A stretch of DNA of 64,000 bases from positions 1,106 to 65,105 of the forward strand of contig CAYPHJ010000009.1 of assembly GCA_964410485.1 (NCBI GenBank). Direction: 5' to 3'. This document shows positions 58,501 to 64,000 of the stretch, piece after piece. Origin of the DNA: an uncultured Syntrophobacteraceae bacterium (GTDB taxonomy: Bacteria > Desulfobacterota > Binatia > UBA9968). Position numbers and translations under genes: made by a program. Each line of letters starts with the position of its first letter. Positions within the stretch are counted from its first letter, which is position 1. The notes beneath the pieces are model-generated. The model saw only the letters and a list, made by a program, of their open reading frames with translations. It did no database searches and had not been told where the DNA came from.

Positions 58501-58628
58501 GCGGGCTGTTGAGCTCGACCGCCCTCACGCTCGTGGTGATTCCTGTCGTGTACACTCTGGTCGACGGCTTGCAAACGAACCTGGTGCGTCGCTGGCGCAA
58601 AATGCCCCGCGAGGTCGTTCGGTCATGA
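55545..58628 (+). CDS. RND efflux transporter permease (AcrB/HAE-type)
   Basis: 1027 aa with two large periplasmic loops and 12 TM helices. N-terminal FCIRRPVLTIVMF and the TM4 block VIGIVIDDAIVVLE. ATGA overlap with the adaptor gene. Confidence 0.95.
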   Translation: MIWNFCIRRPVLTIVMFVVLGIFGIYGFLQMPVQENPDVDFPIVSVNVVLPGAAPAVVELEIIEPLEAEINTIEGLRRLTSSARQEVATIVAEFELWRNIDLATQDVRDAVERARRLLPQDAESPIVRKLEPDAQPIMWIALTGDERWDDVRLTDYAENVLRQQLETVRGVGQIRIGGRRLYAVRVRLDMERLAAYQLTVHDVVRTIQQSNVDIPAGRVEGARREFTIQTRGRFANAAPFNDLIVAHRDGGPVRLADVGKAVDDVRDDRQVARFHGETAVGLGVVRQADANVVDLTRTLRNRLAAIAGAFPPGLTYHISTDASEYVQENIDDLLLTLVLATLLVLLVVLAFLRSARGTLVTMTAIPTSLLIGLALMHVLGFSINVLTMLALILVIGIVIDDAIVVLERSYLHLEQGAEREPAARVGATEMAFPAIANTLALAAVFIPVAFAGGMVGRFFLEFGITVAATVFASTLVALTLTPMLCSRVLRLPERRGRLFQSSERAWQQIESAYASVLDAAFRHRGLTVLIGAIAFGFGLLALANIPGEFAGQEDRSSFMLIFETPQGATFRETDRLARQIETVLANTPEVRHQFLAIGLAQAGPGEPNRGLAFVRLTPWQERDRHQIDIMQALRQRFDEIPDGRVFVTALTPGGFGGAPVEVVLKHPSIDELARQQEAVMAWMRAQPQWYVGVRTNLELNAPQVELTLHRDKAAEMGISLAEISTGLQFLFGTPAISKVEQAANRYDVITDVVGRGRLTPAALRDFYLRTATGELVALETLASVEETIGPSAIHRFNRIRSATISANTPPGIVLGDAVARLEDHLRQTLPPGMDYELAGQAQLFEEAFYNLTIVLVFSVVFIYLVLAAQFESILYPFTIMTALPLATVGAFGSMWALGLPLNVFAFIGIIMLLGLVTKNAILLIDYANVLVARGRTPMEAAQEAGRTRFRPVLMTAISTVLGITPIALGLGAGGEARMPLGVAVASGLLSSTALTLVVIPVVYTLVDGLQTNLVRRWRKMPREVVRS

Positions 58629-58915
58629 AACTCCTTCATATCAGCTTTCGGTTCGAATACCTCGAGATGATCGAGCGCATTCTCGATCGGCACGAGCTCA
58701 CGGATTTTGTCCGCTACCCTATGATCCATGGGCGGGACTCTGACGGAAAGCACTACGGCAGCCAGGTATTCCCGGGAAACATGATCGTCGTGCAGGCGCA
58801 AGTGCCGCCGGAAAGAATCGATGCTCTGCTCGGCGATTTACAGATCTTTCGAGAAGAAAAACCGGCGCACCGCCATCTGCAGGCCCTGGTCCTACCGGTT
58901 GAACAGCGGTTATAA
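58625..58915 (+). CDS. Small RND-operon-associated protein (96 aa), family uncertain (PII-like/DUF3240-like?)
   Basis: ATGA overlap with the RND permease stop. No TM helix. The beta-alpha-beta-like pattern is KLLHISFRFEYLEMIERILD...MIVVQAQVPPERIDALLGDL. Confidence 0.6.
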   Translation: MKLLHISFRFEYLEMIERILDRHELTDFVRYPMIHGRDSDGKHYGSQVFPGNMIVVQAQVPPERIDALLGDLQIFREEKPAHRHLQALVLPVEQRL

Positions 58916-59003
58916 GGGCTAGCGGTTATCACAGGCTGGGCAAATTTTCTGCCTTACTCCCACCTGCCAGACGGCCATCACTCAGCACGACTTATTATCG
59001 TGT

Positions 59004-59105
59004 GTCATTCTGAGCTGCGCACGGCGGCGAAGAATCTGCTTTCGCTTTTCTGCTCGAACGAATGGAAAAAGGGCAAAGCAGATGCTTCACTTCGTTCAGC
59101 ATGAC
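59004..59105. repeat. Palindromic intergenic element, copy B
   Basis: The left arm is GTCATTCTGAGCTGCGCACGGCGGCGAAGAATCTGCTTT. The reverse complement of the right arm is GTCATGCTGAACGAAGTGAAGCATCTGCTTT. Its architecture matches 5815-5906. Confidence 0.75.
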
Positions 59106-59178
59106 ACAACCGCAGCCTCCAAGGCCCTGAAGAAATTTATTTTTTTTGCGCTCTTTGCGGCTTCGCGCGAGATCTTCT

Positions 59179-60249
59179 TTATCGCGGCGGCAGCGGGTCT
59201 CCGCCGGCGATCTTTTGATACAGCTGGACCACCTCCGGATCTCGTGGCAGTTCTTTGATCGCCTGTTCCAATTCTTCGCCGCCGAGTGGGTTAGGATCGT
59301 CGCCCATTAGTTTTCTGTAGTACGCCGGAAATTCCGGATCGGCGAACGATTTGCGCATGGCTTCTCGGATGATCTGGACGGCCTCCTTGGGCGTGCCCGG
59401 AGAGAATATGTATGGCCAGCGGGGATATTGGAAGCTCCGGAACATGTCAAGCAGTTTTCGCTCAGTCTCTGATTTGGCGAAGCTTCCAAGCTCGGGCACC
59501 TTGGCAAACAATGGGTGGTGGCGCCCCCTAGGCACCGTAAGAGTCGCATGAAAATGGACCTGTTTCTTTGCAATCCACTCGGGCTGCTCTATGACAAACC
59601 GGGCTGCCCCCGTGAAATGAGCATCCAACTCGCCGCCCATGAGAGCTACGTAAATTTCCGGACCCGTGAAACCGGTCACGAATCGCGGTGCTTTGAGACC
59701 AAGCAAATAGGCTCCCATTCGCGCCGTCACATAAACCGGATGGCCGACCGCATGGGCACCCAACCTGATGCCGTTTGCAGCGCGTAATTTTTCGACTGTA
59801 TCCAAGCCCAGTTCACCCCTAGTATAAAAAATGTACGGGTCCCCGGTATCTGTGGATCCAAGGTAAATAAACTTATCCAGGTCATAGGCTGTGCCGGGGA
59901 GGCCTAAGATCGGCCCTACGACCAGTCCCGCACCGATTGATCCTATGGTCAATCCATCCGGCCGCGTACCCTTATAAATGACGTTTGCGGCTTTCCTTCC
60001 CGCGGCACCCGGTATGAACTCAACGATCAAAGTCGGATTTCCCGGAATGTACTTTTCTAAAAACCGCACCAGTGCTCTGGTCTGGAACTCGCCGGAGCCG
60101 CCGGGACCGCCACCGCGAACTATTCTGATTGTCTTCCCTTTGTAGAAATCCGCCTGGGAGAATGCGTCACCCGCTGGCCAAAAAACCAGCAGCCCAAGCA
60201 CAGCCGCATAGATGAACCCGTCAAAGGCCAACCTGCTAAGTGTTTTCAT
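59179..60249 (-). CDS. TctC/Bug-like periplasmic solute-binding protein, paralogue 3
   Basis: Signal peptide, FYKGKTIRIVRGGGPGGSGEFQTRAL, PGAAGRKAANVIY...PDGLTIG and the C-terminal GGDPLPPR. Confidence 0.7.
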   Translation of the reverse strand: MKTLSRLAFDGFIYAAVLGLLVFWPAGDAFSQADFYKGKTIRIVRGGGPGGSGEFQTRALVRFLEKYIPGNPTLIVEFIPGAAGRKAANVIYKGTRPDGLTIGSIGAGLVVGPILGLPGTAYDLDKFIYLGSTDTGDPYIFYTRGELGLDTVEKLRAANGIRLGAHAVGHPVYVTARMGAYLLGLKAPRFVTGFTGPEIYVALMGGELDAHFTGAARFVIEQPEWIAKKQVHFHATLTVPRGRHHPLFAKVPELGSFAKSETERKLLDMFRSFQYPRWPYIFSPGTPKEAVQIIREAMRKSFADPEFPAYYRKLMGDDPNPLGGEELEQAIKELPRDPEVVQLYQKIAGGDPLPPR

Positions 60250-60310
60250 GGGTACCTCCCGGACAGAGTGATAGCCGCCTCTCTTTTATCATGTGCGCTG
60301 CGCCAGGCAA

Positions 60311-60340
60311 GTCACGGCTCTTTAAGTCACGGCTCTTTAA
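60311..60340. repeat. Perfect 2 x 15-nt tandem duplication spanning a stop codon
   Basis: GTCACGGCTCTTTAA occurs at 60311-60325 and again at 60326-60340. The second copy holds the last four codons and the stop (60327-60329) of the minus-strand cNMP-binding gene. Confidence 0.9.
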
Positions 60341-60968
60341 GCTTCGCGGTGCCCGCCCGTGCGCTAACATAATCCTGCCGCAACCGTTGGATGATCAACC
60401 TGACCAAATGTAGGCTGAACGCGGGGTTTTGGTAGTAGAGTCGTATGACCTTGTCATCATCCATTACACCAAGCTCGACATCGGTTTCGCATACCGCCGT
60501 ATCCATTCGATCGCCAGTGGGCGAGAAAATGCCGATTTCGCCAATCAAGGCGCCAGGACCAACTGTTTTCTCGAGTTCGACGAGACGGATTGATCCTGCC
60601 AGCACCAGATACATTTGCCTGGCGGGATCGCCCTTACGAAAGAGCACAGCACCGGTTTTGAACTTCTGTCGAATCAGGAACGGCATCAACCACTCCATCG
60701 AGAGATCGTTGCGAGCCGTTTGGCGGACTTGTTCGATGAGCCTTCTAATCTGCAGTAGCCGAATGTAATTCAATGGCAGTAAAATAGAGTGCAGGATAAA
60801 GATCGGATACAACTGCGCTCCGAGGGCGTAAGTCATGAATGCGACGTTGCTCGACATGGCCACAATTCTGAGCGGGACCATCGTCTTCATGTAAAAGGTG
60901 ATAAACACCAGGAGTGCCGCGGTGTATCCAGCCAGTTCCACCCAGGTCAAGCTACTGAGCAGCGTCAT
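60327..60968 (-). CDS. Membrane-anchored cyclic-nucleotide-binding domain protein
   Basis: Three N-terminal TM helices (LAGYTAALLVFITFY, VAMSSNVAFMTYAL, PIFILHSILLPLNY). A cNMP-binding beta-roll follows (FKTGAVLFRKGDPARQMYLVLAGSIRLV...GALIGEIGIF). Confidence 0.8.
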   Translation of the reverse strand: MTLLSSLTWVELAGYTAALLVFITFYMKTMVPLRIVAMSSNVAFMTYALGAQLYPIFILHSILLPLNYIRLLQIRRLIEQVRQTARNDLSMEWLMPFLIRQKFKTGAVLFRKGDPARQMYLVLAGSIRLVELEKTVGPGALIGEIGIFSPTGDRMDTAVCETDVELGVMDDDKVIRLYYQNPAFSLHLVRLIIQRLRQDYVSARAGTAKLKEP

Positions 60969-61177
60969 GAGTCACGCTCCAGACGGACCGCACACTACTC
61001 AATTAGAAAGCGCTATGTCAAATTTCGTTTTTCTCTCGCATTAATGATCGTTCGCCGTTTGCGGGTCAGCGATTGCTCGTTGCCGTTCCAGGGTGGGCCA
61101 TGATAAGGACTTTTTATTTACCGCGATATCGAAGCGGTAAGATCGCGGGGCTTCCCCTTCTCCTGTTTGGAGGTTTC

Positions 61178-62485
61178 ATGGGATCTCATCGCCAAAAGAA
61201 AGTAGTCATCACGAACGGGACGTTAATAGATGGCAACGGAAAAACTCCGGTTCGTAACGATGCCATTGTCATTGAGGGCAATCGCATCAAAAGCACCGGG
61301 CGGTTGCCGGCGGATATAAGGCTCAATGACAAAGACAGCATGGAAATTATCGATGCCGTGGGACAGTGGATCTTGCCCGGGCTCATCGATGCGCACACGC
61401 ACCTCTCATACGGCAATCCTAAAGTCCCCGGTGAAGCCCGCGGCAAGGGAACAACGAGGCCGGAATTCAACACGTTACGGGCAGCAGGGAACGCGCAGAA
61501 CGTGCTGCGCTCGGGCGTGACCAGCATCTCAGTGCCGGGCGGGACTTGGTTCACGGACGTCGCCGTTCGAGATGCCATAAAGTTAGGGTTGATTGAAGGC
61601 CCGCGCGTCTACTGCGCCAGTCGCATGATTATTACTTACGGCTCGATTGAGGATGAGGAACCCTCCTGGGTTGGCACCCCGGACCACTCGATTGGCATTC
61701 TCGCCAATGGCGTCGCCGAGATGGTCACTGAAGTGAGACGCCAATGCAAACATGGCGTTGATTTCATCAAGATGGCCGATAGTCGCTCCGGTGACATCCA
61801 GACGATTGCCAAAGAAGAGATCGCGGCAGTAGTCGCTGAAGCGCACCGGCGCAACGCGCACGTTGCGATTCACTCGCGCGGCGCTGCCTCGACGCGCGCC
61901 GCGGCCGAAGCGGGTGTTGACTGGATTATGCACACCGACTTGGCGACCGAGGCTGACCTGGAAGTTGTCGCGCGGGCGGGGACGCGGATTGTCCCCACGG
62001 TGACTTTCGTCGAGAGGGTATTGCAGTTCGGTCGGGAGGTTGGTCAGGAGCAGATTCAGATCAGTCTTGAGCGAATGAAAAGAAATATGGAAGGTCTTGT
62101 GAATGTTCTCGAGCGATCGCGCGCATTCGGGATCAAAGTCATGTGTGGCACCGACACCGGCAACTACTCCTGGATGCCCTACGGCGAGATGCACGCCAAA
62201 GAAGCGGAAATCTTAGTTCGCTACGGCGGCTATTCGCCTCTTGAGGCGATTTCGGCTTGCACTCGGGATAACGCCTTTGCAGTGGGATTGGAAAACCAAG
62301 TCGGAGTGCTTGAAGCCGGCAAGCTCGCGGACATTACGATTTGGAAAAAGGACCCGGTGGCGGATATACGTGTGCTGCAGAACCCATCTAACCTTGCGAT
62401 GGTCATCAAAGACGGCAGGAAAGTGAATCTGGACGAAAACGGCTCAGAAGCGGCCTTGCTCAAGTTCCAGGCCGCAGTTGCGTAG
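61178..62485 (+). CDS. Metal-dependent amidohydrolase family protein
   Basis: GGAGG lies 5 nt upstream of ATG 61178. VITNGTLIDGNG, PGLIDAHTHL (HxH metal motif), a later AIHSRG block, and GVLEAGKLADITIW at the C-terminus. Confidence 0.85.
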   Translation: MGSHRQKKVVITNGTLIDGNGKTPVRNDAIVIEGNRIKSTGRLPADIRLNDKDSMEIIDAVGQWILPGLIDAHTHLSYGNPKVPGEARGKGTTRPEFNTLRAAGNAQNVLRSGVTSISVPGGTWFTDVAVRDAIKLGLIEGPRVYCASRMIITYGSIEDEEPSWVGTPDHSIGILANGVAEMVTEVRRQCKHGVDFIKMADSRSGDIQTIAKEEIAAVVAEAHRRNAHVAIHSRGAASTRAAAEAGVDWIMHTDLATEADLEVVARAGTRIVPTVTFVERVLQFGREVGQEQIQISLERMKRNMEGLVNVLERSRAFGIKVMCGTDTGNYSWMPYGEMHAKEAEILVRYGGYSPLEAISACTRDNAFAVGLENQVGVLEAGKLADITIWKKDPVADIRVLQNPSNLAMVIKDGRKVNLDENGSEAALLKFQAAVA

Positions 62486-62634
62486 GGACGCACCGCGCGC
62501 CGTCGGTGCATGACGACCACCATAGAAGCACTTCCTTCTGCTACGCTTGACATGATCAGTAAAAAGGGGATAACCCGGGAGGTGGCTAGCGAAAGGGATG
62601 ATGTGACAGGGGTCATTATACCAAGGGGAACCCT

Positions 62635-63609
62635 ATGAAGGTCTCTAGTCGAGAGTTCATGTCGTATTGCTGCCTTGCCTTGTTGTCGCTGATGCTGGCC
62701 GGGACCGCTTCAGCGCAGACTTATCCGGGCCAGAGGATCACGATGGTGGTCGGCTTCGCGGCCGGCGGCTTCGCCGACACCGTGGCGCGGCTTATCGGCA
62801 ACAATCTCAGCGAACGCCTGGGTCAACCGGTGACCGTTGAGAACCGGCCGGGAGCCGCAGCGAACGTCGCCGCCAGAGCCGTCGCCAATGCCGATCCCGA
62901 CGGGTACACGATCCTGGTCACCACCACGGCGATCGCGATCAACGCGACCCTTTACAAGAAGCTTGAGTACTCGATCGAGCAACTCGTTGCGGTTGCCGTT
63001 CCGGTTTGGGCGCCGGAGGCGCTCGGAATACATCCAAGCAACCCGTCGCGGAGCCTCAAGGAATTCCTCAATTGGGCAAAGGGCAGGAAAATTAACTTTG
63101 CGACAGCCGGAGTCGGCACCGGTTCGCACCTGGCCATCGAGTTCTTTTTCAAGAAGCACGCCAATCTCAATGCCGTGCATGTTCCCTTCCGTGGCGGCGC
63201 GCCGGCGATTCAGGCGGCGCTAGGAAATCAGGTCAATTCAATTGCCGCCACCCTGCCGGCGGTCTCCGCGCATATGAAGGAGGGAGCTCTGGTGTGCCTG
63301 GGGGTTGCGAGTGCCGAGCGGGCAGCTGCACTGCCCGATTGTCCCACCTTCGCCCAGGGGGGCTTCGCCCGCTTTGAGGCTGCGTCCTGGGTCGGGTTCT
63401 TCGTGCCTGCGAAAACGGATCGAGCTATCGTCGACAAGCTAAATGGCGCCGTCAATGCTGCTTTGGATGACCGGGAGGTACTGGAGAGACTGCTTAAATT
63501 GGGCAACACGCCAGCCAAGCGCTCCGCCTCCGAGACTGCCCGTTTCGTGAAATCGGAAACGGCTAAATGGAGCGAGATGGTGACCACGCTCGGCATCTCG
63601 GTCGATTGA
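62635..63609 (+). CDS. tctC: Tripartite tricarboxylate transporter substrate-binding protein (classical Bug/TctC)
   Basis: Signal peptide, YPGQRITMVVGFAAGGFADTVAR, VENRPGAAANVAA and DPDGYTILV. Followed by a tctB-like gene. Confidence 0.9.
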   Translation: MKVSSREFMSYCCLALLSLMLAGTASAQTYPGQRITMVVGFAAGGFADTVARLIGNNLSERLGQPVTVENRPGAAANVAARAVANADPDGYTILVTTTAIAINATLYKKLEYSIEQLVAVAVPVWAPEALGIHPSNPSRSLKEFLNWAKGRKINFATAGVGTGSHLAIEFFFKKHANLNAVHVPFRGGAPAIQAALGNQVNSIAATLPAVSAHMKEGALVCLGVASAERAAALPDCPTFAQGGFARFEAASWVGFFVPAKTDRAIVDKLNGAVNAALDDREVLERLLKLGNTPAKRSASETARFVKSETAKWSEMVTTLGISVD

Positions 63610-63781
63610 CAGATACACGAGATCTAAATCGCCGTACCTGACCCATCCCTCCGGTGAAGACGGCCTCCGGGAGTTCCAATCCGCTTGCGCGCATATCTAT
63701 TTGACCTGACGGCCGCTTCGGTAGTTCAGAGGGTCTTGCCTTTGCGTCTGCCTTCGCAATGACGCTGTCACGCGAGTCGTT

Positions 63782-64000
63782 ATGAGATACCCGCGCTCGA
63801 GCCTGCTGGAGATTGCCGGCGCCATCTGTGTCATGGCCATTGGCGGCTTGGCAATCTGGGAAGCCAGCAACTATCCGGTTGGCGAACTCACGCATATGGG
63901 TCCAGGATACTTCCCGATCATTCTCGGGGTGGTGATGATCGGCATCGGACTCCTCTTGCTTGTCCAGGCACGAGCCGAGACGAGTAGCGCTGTGATTCTG
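63782..64000 (+). CDS. tctB: TctB-family small membrane subunit, 5' part (runs off the window)
   Basis: ATG 63782, open to nt 64000, and absent from the track because it has no stop. My own translation is MRYPRSSLLEIAGAICVMAIGGLAIWEASNYP...MGPGYFPIILGVVMIGIGLLLL, showing two TM helices and the GPGxFP motif. Confidence 0.7.
   Translation, partial: MRYPRSSLLEIAGAICVMAIGGLAIWEASNYPVGELTHMGPGYFPIILGVVMIGIGLLLLVQARAETSSAVIL

Noticed and set aside
58640-58670. tRNA-like GGTTCGAAT string. I also made a general search for tRNA, rRNA, tmRNA and RNase P genes.
   Set aside because: The string lies inside a coding region (58625-58915) with no acceptor or anticodon stem context. No intergenic gap shows a cloverleaf-like arrangement that I could find by eye.

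Overview
This is a GC-rich 64-kb bacterial chromosomal segment. 60-nt lines counted by hand mostly give 55-60% G+C. About 60 protein genes are densely packed on both strands. I recognised no rRNA, tRNA, CRISPR array, transposase, integrase or phage structural gene. I cannot assign taxonomy from the sequence alone, but the envelope genes point to a diderm bacterium.

Most of the content is housekeeping:
- DNA repair: two endonuclease III paralogues, Mfd, a short UvrA and a PA0069-type radical SAM protein.
- Fe-S cluster biogenesis: an iscS / A-type carrier / sufB / second desulfurase / Rrf2 operon.
- Envelope: a STAS-MlaE/MlaF/MlaD/PqiC-like operon, SurA-PdxA, an LpxL-like acyltransferase and FtsB.
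- Central metabolism: enolase, 6-phosphogluconate dehydrogenase and phosphomannomutase.
- Transport and catabolism: an RND efflux operon, a UbiD-decarboxylase/crotonase/CoA-ligase operon, a stand-alone molybdopterin oxidoreductase and four TctC/Bug-type solute-binding proteins.

I found no clear-cut novel multi-gene system. The candidates worth a second look are:
- A lower-GC two-gene module: an unknown 240-aa protein translationally coupled to a GAF-class III nucleotidyl cyclase, behind an iteron-like tandem repeat.
- A UvrA whose insertion domain is replaced by a 24-residue linker.
- A GcvH-like protein with Ser in place of the lipoyl-lysine.
- A mosaic Fe-S operon with an orphan sufB and a terminal unknown gene.
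- The CoA-linked UbiD operon.
- Several families of intergenic repeats: a palindromic roughly 60-100-nt element in at least three places, 8-9-nt short-period word arrays, and a dispersed ACTCCAGTRCTC word.

All calls are by-eye motif recognition. No database search was run.
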